Of a DNA stretch of 64,000 nucleotides, positions 1 through 13,485 are shown piece after piece. The notes beneath the pieces were generated by a model. It was not told the origin of the DNA, ran no database searches, and saw only the letters and a list, made by a program, of their open reading frames with translations. A program made the translations under genes and the position numbers. Origin of the DNA: Lingula anatina (Eukaryota > Animalia > Brachiopoda); assembly GCA_051362555.1 (NCBI GenBank), contig CM120643.1:19844848-19908847 (forward strand). The letters run 5' to 3'. Every line of letters starts with the position of its first letter. The first letter of the stretch is position 1.

Positions 1-134
1 CCACAGGTTTCATCAAGACAGTGCGCTTGCCCACAGTTCCCGTCTGGTGATTGGTTTCTTGCAATGCTCTGTCTGAGTGAACAACCGTCTTTGATTCAAA
101 TACTTACCCTATTGAACACCTGAGGGAAATTTTG
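1..134 (+). pseudogene. Decayed Tc1/mariner transposase fragment (DDE domain C-terminal part), copy 1, running off the window start
   Basis: Similar to 6278-6406. Translates in pieces as FHQDSALAHSSRLVIGFLQ and YPIEHLREIL, resembling the Tc1 motifs FQQDNA-x-PH and DLNPIEHLW. Confidence 0.7.
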
Positions 135-1273
135 AAACTTGAAATCTGTGAAACTTGAAACAATGAGCTTCAGTTTGATGCCCTATACATATATCATATT
201 CGATCAAAAGCCTTTGAAAATAGATTTTTAATTCTCTTAAATAAAATTACTTTAAGGTGCAAAAATCGTTTATTTGGACTCACCGCTTAAGTAAAACTTT
301 TTAACGTCATACACTTCCTTAGCATTGTAGGCTACGGTCACTTTACAAGAGTATGTGGCCAATTTTTTTTACCTCGTAGTTACTTTTTCATAAATTGACG
401 GGGGGGCAACTTACCCCGGGGTCCAACTAGCCCCGGTCGCCCCTACATTTGATTCTTTGTCATAATTTTAACGTGTGAATGCAGGTTACATGATTTAGAA
501 ATACAAAAATACTGAATCACTTGCTGGCGCAACCTCACTAGTTTTCAAATCACAAACAGAATTAATAACTCTGTCAAGTAATTGCATTCACTCGCACAGA
601 AGGATATGGATATATTTCAGTTTTGTGCGTATATATCTTTTTTTTAGGTATTTGGTTTTTTTGAACACGTTAGCTCTTAGTAGCTCCATCGTATTCCTCA
701 TCATGTTCTGTCTACCTGGACCCAAATGAAAAAGGACAAGGAAGGAGACAAGAAAAGAGAAACGTTATAGAATCTCCCTGGGGTTACCCAGCATGAATGC
801 ATCCATGAAAATGGACTAACGACAAGCTGTTTGGAGACCAGTTGTGTTTAATGAATGAGGTTGTTTATAGTCAAAGGAAACCAACCGAAATACCTTTGCT
901 ATGTGCTGCACGCATGCGTCTGACATTTTAGATGAAGAGAAAAAAAACGACGTTGGCATTTGTCAAAATACGATGCTCCGTGGCTACAGGAATTGACAGG
1001 ACATGACATTTCTCAAAGGCAGTAGGTTTCATATTGAAATGTCTTACAGCTGGTTAATGCATTATCTACTAGTACATAAACATGTAGTTGTCAGCAGCGC
1101 CGAACAGAGGAGAAAATAAACCTAACACTTTGGTATTAATCAATTTGTATCAGAATAACAGCAATGATGCAAAGGGTTCTTCAGGTTGCTCGATGAATAA
1201 TAATCTCTCTTGCCAGGAATAGTAATTTAATCAGTTTGAAGGATACAACACGCTTGTCGGATTTTCAGTGGCA

Positions 1274-1480
1274 GTCGACCCATCTCCGAGGGGTTTCTCG
1301 CTAAATTGCTCTCAACTTAAGTGACTTAGATGTCTGGCACGCCTACCGAAGCTGCTTAACGATAGTTTTAAAATTACCCTCTAACAGCTTCAGTAGGCGT
1401 GCCAGACATAGAGGCGCTTAAACTGAATGCAAGATGGGTCGATCCTGCTAGATCGATCTACGTATGGGAACTGGGTCTAA
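1274..1480. mobile_element. Palindromic MITE-like element
   Basis: Nested inverted repeats tcgacccatct/agatgggtcga and tgtctggcacgcctaccgaagctg/cagcttcagtaggcgtgccagaca. Right end gatcgatctacgtatgggaactgggtctaa resembles the ends of the 9527 and 29699 elements. Confidence 0.6.
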
Positions 1481-3079
1481 AACATTGGTCTAAAAACTTA
1501 TACCAATTTTCGAAGATTTCAGTTACACATCGCCGGAATCGTCTGCGCGAACAACATGGACGATATCTATGCAATTTGTATTTGTTGATTGATCAACTTT
1601 GAGCTAAATGGTCTGAAAACAGAGTGATTTCAGTTGATTTTGTTATTTGCATTTTTAGTTATTCTTTTGTGGATAATATGGACTGCTTTTGTCATATCTT
1701 TTTTAATAAAAAAAAACAATGTTTTTCACTTGTGATTTATCCATTAAGCTTTTTTCCTAGTAGCGGATGGATAAGAAACGCACCAAACTCATGCTTTGAA
1801 AAATTCAAAATGACCCATGGTGTACCCATTGGCATTGTGGAATGATTGTGATAGTTGAGACTTGTCTTATATCAGAAAGTTTTCTATAGCACAGGAACAA
1901 AACGACGTGCCTCGACATGAAAACAAGATCACCCAGACGATCACCTCTAATTCCTACAAAATATCAATTAAGCCGAATACATGGATTTTCTTATGATATG
2001 TTATTATATTTATTATTTCCTAAGATCCCCCCCCCCCACAAAAAAAAAAACAAGAAGTATGTTGACTCTACCCATTTTACGAATTTTATAGCAAAATTCC
2101 AGTTTTTATAAGGCTACAAATCGTCTGCTAAAATGTTTCTCCTAAAATTATAGGTTGCTACGGTTCACCTTACTGTGTACATACCTGTATTATGTGAACT
2201 ATAACATTATTTTCTTATCTTCACACTTCATGAATCATCAATTATACATTATACCTTACACCTTTTTTGCCACTGAAGACAATTCAAAGGGGGAGATGGC
2301 GGGCTTTAAATTCAGAATATCTCACCCCTACACGTAATTTCCCACGAAAAGCAGATCTGAAAAGTATGCGGGATATGTTAATGACTTTTAAGTAGAAAAA
2401 TGAAAATTGTTGTAACATCCTCTATTGCGTGGTATCACAAGACGCTGACACACAAGATGTGCAGGCGGCAATAAGGTGCCCTCTATTAGGGTAACAAAGA
2501 GAAATCTCCCCCCCCCCCAAATTTTGACACCGCTACATATTTTATGTTTAGCGTAGAGTTATGCCTTCCTCACCCAGATGGCATTTGGTAGAGAACATAG
2601 CAGGTCCCAGGTTCACAAAATAAAGCTTAAGTCGGGTTCCCTGGCTAAGAAATTAATTACCACTTTTACATGGTCACACTCGCACATCTTACGCTATCGG
2701 GAACTCCTAGTCAACTAAGCAAGGGAACTGACTTAAGTTTTTTTTTCTGGGACCAGCAACAAAATCCTTTAATACTCTTTTTAAATATTATACAAAGTGA
2801 AATTTGGTACAGACTACGGGACGAGCGTGTGGTCGGAGCGTCGTTCTTTTGAGGATCTCGACAGTCCGGAAGTACATTAGACCTAATCGTATGGTTCTTA
2901 CCCCATCTTAGTGCGAAGGTTGATCGATCCAAAATCTTTATTTTTATTCAGAAGTTTACTGGTTTGAAAGTCCAAACAAAAATTCAAACAAAAACAATAG
3001 CTATCAGACCAATGAATCCCCAGATTTAATATTTCATTAACTTTGCTTATTTTTATTCATTTATTTGTTTGAAAATCCC

Positions 3080-3370
3080 GTGTGCGTGTATGTGTTATTT
3101 CGTATATATGCAAAGGCAACTCAACGATCGAGTGTGTGTGTGTGTGTGTTTGTGTGTACATGTTTGTGTGTGCATATGTTTGAGTGTGCGTGTGTGTGTA
3201 CACGTGTGCGTGTGTTATTTCATATATGCACAGGCTACATAACAGTCAGTAGGTGTTTGTGTGTTCGTGTGTTTGTGTGTGCATTTTTTTCGTAGGTGTG
3301 CGTGTGCTATTTGCTACATGCACAAACTAAACAACATTGTGCGTGTGCATGTGTGCGTGCGTGTGCGTGT
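3080..3370. repeat. Degenerate (GT)n/(GTGC)n microsatellite tract
   Basis: Direct reading; accounts for the Cys/Val-rich ORF 3065-3295. Confidence 0.85.
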
Positions 3371-5085
3371 CCTTTTACATAACTCATCTCAGGTGAGTTT
3401 AAGTCTGGCCACTTTTCTCTTGATCCGTTCTTAACTCCCGACATGATAGATTGCAAAGTCAAAACTGAAGATGAAAATGCTAACTATTCGGTCCTAATTT
3501 TGATGGTCTTTTTAAAAAGAAATTCATCAAATCATAAAATTGAAGCAGTCACCTTTAACCATAGATTTTGTTAAGGTTCTATTTTGAGTGACCAAGGTCG
3601 TTGTATAATACATCAAGTTTTAAAAGACTAAACGAATGTAAGGTTTACACTCTGGGTCGCAGTTGTTATTGTTGTCACTCGGCCATGAATTCAAAAACAT
3701 CAAGGACTACGCCTAAATTTGTAAATCACATGCACTTAAAACAGGGCGATTCTGTATAGTTTTCCATTAATAACTAACATTTTGATGGAGATAACATCTT
3801 AGCATAAGTTTAGTAAAACACAAATGTAAACGGACCATTTTACATGTGTGTTAACAATTAATAAACTCTTTCTCAGAAAAGCAACAAAAAATCATGTTCT
3901 CGCAAATGCCTGAAATGTGACAGCGTTAAGTTTTTGAATTCGACCAACTTAGTTGCCCTGAAGGATACTTATGATTTTAACAGTTCGTCCATGACCTTCC
4001 AACGTTTCAAGCTGCTGACTACAGATCCACACAATGTCAACGCTGATTATACATGCACCTTGGTGGTTAATTTACATTTCTGTAACAGGTTCTAGGAAGG
4101 CGAAGAAAGGGACGCCCACAAGAAGTTACAGAGAGACAGAGAGGCCAACCTTCTCGCTTTATTGAAATTGCCGAGAAGTGGAGGGTTATCCAGGTGTGTG
4201 AGCTAGAAAAAGACATAACTGCACAACCCTGTGTTATAACACGTGCATTATGGCTATTATCTATTTTTCTTATGTAAGAAATACAAATTCGTAAATAAGC
4301 AAACTACCTTCAAGAGTCTAGGGGACAATTCCCACAGATATCCAATATGGATTGATCTAGCATGGGAACCCAATCTAGGTATCGCTCTTCTGCGTCTTTA
4401 AAAAGGACACCGGGTCCCTGTTACTCAGATAGCTTACCCTGGCAGTTAACTGAAGACGGGTCTGCAACGTTTTGCAGAATTTTGGTAAGTGGCAACTAAT
4501 TGTTATTTTAAAAACAATATCCGACAAAATCAAGATACTTGGACATCAGGAGACTTGTTCATTTTCACTGTATAAATAGTGTGCTTTAAAACTAATCTTT
4601 GATAAAATGTTCATTTGTGTAATTTGCATCACTTAATTATAATTTATTATTTTTTATTCTATTCATTTTTGTTTTTCCTCTTACGTTTGTGTGTTTCGAC
4701 TGACGGTATGAATAAACCAAACAATTTACTGATATTATATTACTATTTTATTTTTAAATGGAATACAAAGATTGAACCTTTGAAACTTTTTAAAAGAATT
4801 TTTGATGAGTTACACAAAATGTGTAACACGGCTTTGACATCGCGGTGGATGGTGCATTGTTGTTATTCTATATAACTTTTGCCTTTCTTCCTTAAAAAAC
4901 ATTTTGAAATGTAGCAAATATTTTGATTTTATGCAATTTGCTCTAAGAATTTGATCAAAGAAATAAAACGATTATACCATATTCTGTTGCAGGTAGGCCT
5001 ACATATATGCTTTCCCAAGACAGAGTACCATTGAATTTTCATCACAGATTTTGAGGCAGATTTCAAAGAGGATTACATAACCACT

Positions 5086-6156
5086 ATGGACAACAGTGCA
5101 GAAGACATTGCTATGGCACCTCCATTCACTCCAGTGATTTTCCCCAACTCCTTGAACTTAGGCTCTGCCAATACCACTATAACCACAAACCAGAAAGAGG
5201 AAAACTTGACAGTGGTTTACTACTACCAGTTGCCGTGGTACAAAGCTTGGGTCGTGACAGCACTCATCCTGTTGATGCTACTGATATGCGTGGGAAACGC
5301 CCTTGTGGTCGCCGCTTACTTCCGAGTCCGCAGGCTTCGAACTAGGAACAATATGGTGTTGATCCAACTTCCGGTGACGGATCTCGTGGCCGGACTTATG
5401 ATCCCGTTTCATATTGTGACATTCAGTGTCTTCGACACAATAAAGTGGCTCCATCTTTGCATCTTGAGGTACTCTCTAACCATATGCCCGGGCTTGGCGA
5501 CTATTTTTTCATTGCTGATGATCTCTTTTGAGAGGTACTACGCCATAGTGCACCCGCTGAAACACAGACAGCGCCATACTAAAAGGTGGTCTGTTATCAT
5601 TGGACTGGTGATTTGGACGCCATCTCTGCTCGTCGGTTTTTTCCTCCCGTTTGTCTGGCATAAAGACTGGTCTTATGAGGATGAAAAAGTTTGTGATATG
5701 TCGTTAGTTCTTCCAGAACACTATTTAGGTGGTGTTTTGTCTTCCATTTTTGTCGTCGTATCCTTTTTTATTGTCTACATGTATGTCAAAATCGAAACAG
5801 TTCGGCGGCAGTCAAATCTAAGGGTCAGACAAAAGGACATAAAAATTTCCAAAACTGTGGCTTTGATTCTTGTGTGTTTTTTCACGTGCTGGACTCCCGT
5901 TATCGCAATGCTGGCTGTGCATAGCTTTTCTCCTCACTTACAATATACACCAACCACAATAATTGTGCGTTTTTTTCTGATGAATCTGGCCATGCTGAAT
6001 TCCGCGCTGAATCCGATAATATACGCGATTCGGCTGCCCGAGTTTCGAAGCGCAATTCGAGAAATGGTGAAAGGGAAGAAATCTAAAATAAACATATCAG
6101 TTATCTCTGGGTCAACGAATGTTTCAACGCCTTCTCGGTCCAGTGTCACTGTATAA
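5086..6156 (+). CDS. Class A (rhodopsin-like) GPCR, intronless CDS, 356 aa, orphan (adenosine/amine-receptor-like)
   Basis: Seven hydrophobic segments with GN (TM1), LPVTD (TM2), ERY (TM3), W (TM4), CWTP (TM6) and NPIIY (TM7); N-glycosylation sequons NTT and NLT in the N-terminus; possible 5'UTR splice acceptor ttgcag ending at 4992. Confidence 0.95.
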   Translation: MDNSAEDIAMAPPFTPVIFPNSLNLGSANTTITTNQKEENLTVVYYYQLPWYKAWVVTALILLMLLICVGNALVVAAYFRVRRLRTRNNMVLIQLPVTDLVAGLMIPFHIVTFSVFDTIKWLHLCILRYSLTICPGLATIFSLLMISFERYYAIVHPLKHRQRHTKRWSVIIGLVIWTPSLLVGFFLPFVWHKDWSYEDEKVCDMSLVLPEHYLGGVLSSIFVVVSFFIVYMYVKIETVRRQSNLRVRQKDIKISKTVALILVCFFTCWTPVIAMLAVHSFSPHLQYTPTTIIVRFFLMNLAMLNSALNPIIYAIRLPEFRSAIREMVKGKKSKINISVISGSTNVSTPSRSSVTV

Positions 6157-6277
6157 CTTCTAATAAGAAAACTATCAAAATATTAGAATCAAACCTGTAT
6201 TCATCTGAAAGAAAATAAAAGATATAAAAAAATGCGATATTTTGTTTACCCACTAGAAAGGGGTGACTTCAGCGATG

Positions 6278-6520
6278 ACCACAGGTTTCACCAAGACAAT
6301 GCACTTGGCCACAGTTCCCGTCTGGTGATTGGTTTCTTGCAATGCTCTGAGGGAACAACCTTTGAGCTCGAATGCTAACCCTATTGAACACCTGAGGGAA
6401 ATTTTGGAATGCGCAATGCAGAGAAGAATTAACCCCTAATAATCTGGAACAACTCCGCCAAGCTCTTCTGGAAGAATGGGACAATACACCACAAAACAGC
6501 CTACAGGAGATAATGTCAGT
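6278..6520 (+). pseudogene. Decayed Tc1/mariner transposase fragment, copy 2
   Basis: Frameshifted pieces FHQDNALGHSSRLVIGFLQ / ANPIEHLREILECAMQRR / PNNLEQLRQALLEEWDNTPQ match the Tc1-family catalytic C-terminal region. Confidence 0.8.
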
Positions 6521-6917
6521 AAACCGTAGACTCACACCCTAAAAACTTTCAAAGAGCGCATTCTGTTGCATAATTTTATGACATTCGGTAGCTTCTTTTA
6601 AATTTTATGGCCAGTTTTTACTTCTATGAAAATCACTGTGGAAAACAATATTTGTGGGAGTGCATGTTCTTAATTTGAATATGTGGTATAAAATAAGGTC
6701 CCCCATGATAGAGAGTATTGTTCCAATTTATTTACCCAGGTATAAGCCTTTCCCTAAATTTTGACCCACTATCGTCAGGCTAAGCCTAACCCTAATGGAA
6801 GGTGGACCCTCTGTTACACGGACCCTCAGTTTCCTCATAAGAGTATTTGGTAATGGAATAAAAAATACTATTCAGAAGGATTTATAGCTGTCCTGTGATC
6901 ATTTGTTAACAAAAGCA

Positions 6918-7737
6918 CATATAGGACTGATGGTGGAATTATCTTTGTGAGAAAGAGTGTATAGTTGGTTACTTTAGATCAGATACATGCCGTTAAATCT
7001 AATAATAAGCACACCCCTTTTATCCTTTTTATTTTACAGGATTTTATTCGATCTTTCATCAAATTCCTGGACTTTTATTCGGAGATCCCACTGAAACTGT
7101 TCTTCTTTATCTCTGGATGGCCCTGAAATTTAAAAAAAAAGGAATAGACAAGCACCCGTTCAAAGAGATAAACCAGATAAGACTTAGGTTAATTTTTCGG
7201 ACGATACTACCAGTAGAAAATTATTGGACATGTCAAAAGACATATGAAATAAATTTGCTACTCAGAGAAATAGAAAAAAATAACAATTGGGGCCTTGGTT
7301 TATTTTATGTTTGCTCCCCCCACCCCCATATAGGACTGATGGTGGAATTATCTTTGTGAGAAAGAGTGTATAGTTGGTTACTTTAGATCAGATACATGCC
7401 GTTAAATCTAATAATAAGCACACCCCTTTTATCCTTTTTATTTTACAGGATTTTATTCGATCTTTCATCAAATTCCTGGACTTTTATTCGGAGATCCCAC
7501 TGAAACTGTTCTTCTTTATCTCTGGATGGCCCTGAAATTTAAAAAAAAAGGAATAGACAAGCACCCGTTCAAAGAGATAAACCAGATAAGACTTAGGTTA
7601 ATTTTTCGGACGATACTACCAGTAGAAAATTATTGGACATGTCAAAAGACATATGAAATAAGTTTGCTACTCAGAGAAATAGAAAAAAAATAACAATTGG
7701 GGCCTTGGTTTATTTTATGTTTGCTCCCCCCCCCCCC
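6918..7737. repeat. Near-perfect 409-bp tandem duplication (6918-7326 and 7327-~7737)
   Basis: catataggactgatggtgg starts at 6918 and 7327; I saw one substitution (aaatttgc/aagtttgc) and homopolymer-length differences. Confidence 0.95.
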
Positions 7738-8687
7738 CTCTTTTAGCCTGATTTGCTTCGCTAAACCAGAGGGAGCGTTTTGGATTTATGTGAATTCCGG
7801 TATCTCAAGTAGGTGGCATACCGACTTAAACTTGGATAAAAGAAGGAAAAGCATCCGTTGATAATGAAGACGATTTATATTTATTTATAACCTATGTAAA
7901 TGACAACGTGGCACATAAAGGATGAAAAAGTAGGCTAAAATTGATAAGAAAGTCTCAGTGTCGCTTTTTTACCACACTGTATCTTATAAGTATGTGAGTG
8001 TACATGTGTGTGTGTGGGGGGGGGGGGGGGTGCACCCCAAAATAGTTGTCTGAAAGCGTTGGGATATTGGAATTTAAGTTGTTTTGGATATTTCTATAAT
8101 GACGAAGAGTTTGTTGACTGCATTACTCAAATTTATTGACATTATCTCATACAAATGACCATCATCTTTGAGAAAAACAAAACAAACCCCAGTATTGGCC
8201 TACCAGACAGGTACATGTAGCCCTCTCTGAGTCACAAATATTTGTTTAGGATTTATAACAATACTAGCTCACAATAGGTATCGCCCAATCTCGTGCGTTC
8301 AAGATTCAAATAATACTTCAAGCTTTCACAATATAGCGTCGCTTACTTCGGCGTTACTATAGTACAAGGGTCTTGGGCTTAGTTAGGCTCGCTCGCTGTG
8401 TCCACAAGAGAAAGTTGCACACAATTTTTAAGAGACGCACTGATTTATCCTACTACGTACGCACTGCTTTCTGAGCCGTTGTGCAAGTATTGGTCTCTCA
8501 ACCGGTCATTTATATCGGCCACTTGCAGAAAGTTTGTACATAGAATTTGACAGGAGCTGCAAAGCGGCCATTTTAAGTACCTTTCAACAGACAGAATACA
8601 ACCTGCCCGTGGTTTCACTCTAGGTTTAAGGCCAACAACGTTACCAACTGAGTATTACTTGAGTGACCACTACCGGACATACTGACC

Positions 8688-11354
8688 ATGGCAGACACAG
8701 GGGGACAAGCGACCACCACCACTACCACCACTACGACAGGTTCCTCTGGCACTACATTTAACATAGACTATGTCAAGAGTCCTTTTGGTATCGTAAAGCT
8801 TTTGGAACTGGTGAGTATCGTTCAACTTCTGTTCGTCACGGTTCCCGAATATACATGTATTGTCAGTATGCCAGGCAGCTTGGGAATTTGTGACTGGTTT
8901 TTATAATTCATATTTAAATGCCCACACATTCTTATCCTGTTAAAGAATCGCAAAATAGGTTTATTTTGCAATGCATCGTCTCTGAAAGCATACTCATTTC
9001 ATGCTACGGGTAAACTTTTCATCTATTCACCACACAGAATTTTATGAAGTTTACGATGTTTTCCCCCCGCAAAATAAGTTCTCATTAAGTTCAAATGACA
9101 ACCTGGGTCTTATTCAATTGCACAAAATGACATAGGTTCGAACGAATTGCCCTTAATGCCGGGAAAAGGACCGCTCTGGGTAAAATTTGAACTAGGTTCA
9201 CGAAAGTTTCATGGTAAAAGGTCCAATTTAAAAAAAAAAAGAAAAAAGAAAAAATTGCTGGCTACAGGTTTGGGTATACTATTTTTGTGTTCAAACAAGA
9301 TAGTCTTTACATATCAAACACCAGCAGATAGTCTTTACATATCAAACACCAGCAGATAGTCTTTACATATCAAACACCAGCAGCATTATAGAAATGCATT
9401 GTCAGTGACAGTGTCAGTAAATGTTGTAAGCGTTGTGGAATGCAGCGTCACTGACAGTGTCACTGACTGTTTTAAGCGTAAGAAAGACTGTCAATGACAC
9501 TGTAGTCAAAGACCTGAAGTGTCTTGGGGCGTATTTCCAGACATTTAGATCGATCTATCCCCGTGGGGAGTCTCACTAGATTACTGTCAGATAATCCGGC
9601 TTAAATGTCCGTCCCGCCTACTACAAGCTGTAAGGGGGTAATTAACTTTCGTGCCCGCTCGGCTGACAGCTATTTAACGTGAATTCCCAGGGAGTTAGGC
9701 CGATCTAGTTTGGATCGATCTAATCCCTGGGAATGGGGTCTTGGAGTGCACTCTCATTAAGGTTTTACTTGTAATGGAATGCACTGGTACTGACAGTGTA
9801 ATTATGGACCAAGTTACATGCCGTTATTCATCTATATATATACAATCTCTTTCCACAAGCGTCCCTACGCTTCAAACTGTTATTCGCTAGGCCCAGTACT
9901 CTAAAGTGGGTATTGTTGGCATGTTTTCTTTCTCCGCAGTTACAATGCTTGAACTATACAATACAAGCGCAAATAAATACAAGGCGAACTGTTCAACACT
10001 TTCTTGAGTGCAAATCTGGCAAATGCACGGGTCACAGTTTGTGCTTGTGATTGGTTACAGTGGTTTGGATTCTGAGGTTTAATTTTAAAAAGCCGTTAGC
10101 CCCCCCCCACCCCACCCCCACCCCCCCGTCCTGCCCCAATATACACGCTGTGTAGGGGTAGCAAAATTTAGTACCTGTGTTCATGTCTATTTTACGAAAA
10201 CGCTTAAAACCTAGTCAGCAGGTTTCTTTTACAATCTGGTGAAAAACAGGTTTAAGACAAAATGTATGAATATATTACGATTTTTATCAAATGATAGGCG
10301 ATTATTTGTTGTAAAGAAATAAAGAGACTTTAAATATCACAAAGTCTCTTTTTTATGTGTTTCCATTCTGTTTCTTTATAATAATCCTTTTGCTAGAGGT
10401 AAAATGATTTGTCAAGTAGCTACAATGAGCTTAAAAATGTGTCATGTTTGGGTCCTTGCAATTATCTTTGCTGGCTTTTCTTTTGTTTTACGGTACTCTT
10501 CCAGGTTGCAATTTTTTTTACTCGTTGTTTTGTTATCTTTATACCTCTAGTTAAGGGAATAATAAATACCCCCATCACCAAAAGAGGCTGTTTGAAATAA
10601 AAACCCTCTGTTCTGTTCCTAGATCTAAATTAAATCAGTCACTCGATATGAGAAATACTAGTAATAAAGGCAAACACAGTAATGATGTCCAAAATTTGCT
10701 CTTAAGAACACAAGCCTAAATAAAGATGTATTAGCCGAAAGGGTGCATAGCGTAGTGTTTGTCACGTCTCATATTTGTCTTGGTTTTACCTATGCTCCGT
10801 AGCCTACTATTTCTCATTGACACTGTCAAGTGTTTCCATTCTTAAACACGCCATATGTTAATACACAAGTATCTTCATTTCAGATCATCGGCATTATCTG
10901 CATTGGTTGTGTTGGTGGATACAGCACCGCCCCACCTACCCAGTGGTTCATGTTTGTGGCGTGTTCATGCTTTCTAGTTACCACTGCACTGTTAATCATC
11001 TTCTTATTGGGGGGAGACACCAAACTGACCCTCCCATGGCCGTTTGTGGTAAGTTCATGTGTTTTTTAATGTTTTCTCAGTGTGAACTGTGCACTGTGCT
11101 TTGGCAAAAATTAAAATACTGAATAAAAAAACTTGGTTGAATGTCTAAAGAAAATCAAAAATGATTTCAAAAGTAAAGCAAAGGCTATAAGTCACTTGTT
11201 GATTTCCTTTTTTTACATTGGTATTTTTACGAACTTTTATAATTGTTTTTCTAAGTATTGTATTATATGGTTGGTCCATTTTTTACGGTTTGTGGATTTA
11301 AGATAATGTTGACTGTTTGTTACTGAAGCGAAAGACTAGAATATGTATCAACTG

Positions 11355-11400
<46 letters not shown>

Positions 11401-12203
11401 GGTTAATAATTATAAGGTGTGTCGGGGAAAGGAAGTAGACAGAAAATCTTCCGTGGTAGGGTTCATAATTGGGTTAGAGTTCAAATAATTTAATGCTCAT
11501 TCGATGTAAGTTTTATGTGTATAATAGCCCGGAACTGTCCATATTTTTGGTGCTGAGTTAATTTGTGTTTCTCATCTGTTGCTTCGTTCTTTTAAAACAA
11601 GCGCACTATCTATTTTCAGGAACTTATCTACGGTTTTGTAGCCAGTGTGTTGTACCTGATTGCAGCTATTGTGTTAGCGGTGTTTGCGTCCGGAAATGCA
11701 GCACTCATTGCTGGCACAGTAAGTGGATTAAAATAATGAATAAAATGTGTAGCTTTCTTTTTTATTTATTTATTGCGGAAACAGATGGCCACGTGCAATT
11801 CTTCATTCGAGCGTATAAAAAGCGTAATTATCTATCTGTAGATTGAGTAAAATACAATTATTTTTTGACACACAATCATTAATTGCTTGAAAACGGCGAC
11901 AGTGACATATGCAAACCACATATAAAACACGAGAGGCCAACGACGTTATATACATGTATTACGTAGATTAGCGCATGGATAGATGTCTTCCATTTTTAAA
12001 ATATATTTCCCCTTAGAACAATACACACTTAAAAAACACAACCGCTGTTTTTGTCTCTGTTTCTGTACCTGACTGTCCGACTTCTTATCTAATTTTTATA
12101 ATTTTTTCAGGTGTTTGCCTTCTTCAACTTGATCGTGTATGCAGTGGGGACTTTCCTAAGCTTCCAGGACTGGAGAGGAGGGTCCCCTGGGAACGTTGCA
12201 TAG
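8688..12203 (+). CDS. MARVEL-domain tetraspan membrane protein (plasmolipin/CMTM/MAL-like), 159 aa, 4 exons
   Basis: Exons 8688-8810, 10884-11048, 11620-11718, 12111-12203; all GT-AG, phase 0. Protein includes FNIDYVKSPFGIVKLLEL, WFMFVACSCF, PWPFVELIY, AGTVFAFFNLIVYAVG and four TM segments. AATAAA at 12802 and 12823. Confidence 0.93.
9298..9383. repeat. 28-bp tandem repeat x3
   Basis: agatagtctttacatatcaaacaccagc repeated three times in MARVEL intron 1. Confidence 0.9.
9527..9740. mobile_element. MITE with imperfect TIRs and 3-bp TSD (TTG); PIF/Harbinger-like, copy A
   Basis: ttg|gggcgtatttccagacatttagatcgatc ... gatcgatctaatccctgggaatggggtc|ttg; core homologous to 29699-29923. Confidence 0.75.
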
Positions 12204-13485
12204 TTACCGATGTCTATATAAAACTTTACATACTGCATGGGATTTAAGTACGTTTTGTCAGACAGAATTTGATCCACTTTGTGGCGCTACACTTGTAGCG
12301 TACGATTTGTCTTTGGATTGCAAAGAACGAAAAAGTACACTATACAGCATATTGGGTTATGTGCTTTTACCAGCGAAGCACTACTTAAAGGCATTTTGAA
12401 TAATAATGGAACACCTTGCTGGTGGTCCCCCCCCCCCCCCCACCCACCCACAAAAAATTGGAGCACAGAATTAATATAATATTGGATTGTATTATAAAAC
12501 TTAATTCCTTGTTATTTCTTAATTTGGATTTTTTATCTAATCTCATCCGGGAATGGTAAAAACGATCTTGCGTGTATGTTTTTGTGTCATTTTATTTAGG
12601 TTTCAAGTATTGTTTACCTGATACATTACGAAATAGTGGGGAAAAGGACAAGCGTGCCAAAGACTGCAAGCATAGTCTATGTGACTGCAAGCATAGTCCT
12701 TTTGATAAAGCTTTAGAAACACTAAATAGGCTAGATTTGAGGTTTATTGTCGAGCACCATTTATAGCGTCTGATATGTATATTTCTATTTATTGTGATTT
12801 TTAATAAAGCTTTTTTTTTCAAAATAAAGCTATTATTCTTACGATTGAGGAGAGAGATAGAGAGAGAAACAGCAAGGGGGAGAGAGTCAATAGAAATACG
12901 GAAAAGTCAATACAGAATGCTTCTGTACTCTTAAATCACCCTTATCGCCCCTCCCACTACACGTTCCACCAATGAAACGCCCCTAAGAAAAAGATTCAAA
13001 CCCCTATGGGGAGCAGCGCCCCCCCCCCTCTCCTACCACACGCCTGATCTCGGTGAAATGTATCGACGACTCTCGTTTTTCGCATATTTAGATCATTATT
13101 GATAATGCTGTGAGGTAACGATGTTATGAGTGAGGTAACAATGCACGTTACAACTCGATATCATAAACGCACTTTTAAGCCGAAGCGACAAGAATTTTTT
13201 ATGCTTGTTGTACAAATATGTTGTACAAAAATAAAAAAAAAGGCAGTATTTATTCAAATCATTTCAATGATACAAAGATTGGAGTGTTTGAGTTTATTGC
13301 ATTTAACACATAAGGGAAATATCAGTTATTCCACACATTTTTTCAACAGAACTGAATAGGGTATTTCAAATAGAAAAAAAAACGTTATATACTACTTATG
13401 CACACAAATTTCTTTATCAAAATGAGTTATGTTCGCAATAAGTTCATGAAGTATCGACAGACTTGAGTGTTGAAGACAGAGTGGT

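Noticed and set aside
3065-3295. Cys/Val-rich ORF resembling a metallothionein
   Set aside because: Artefact of the (GT)n microsatellite.
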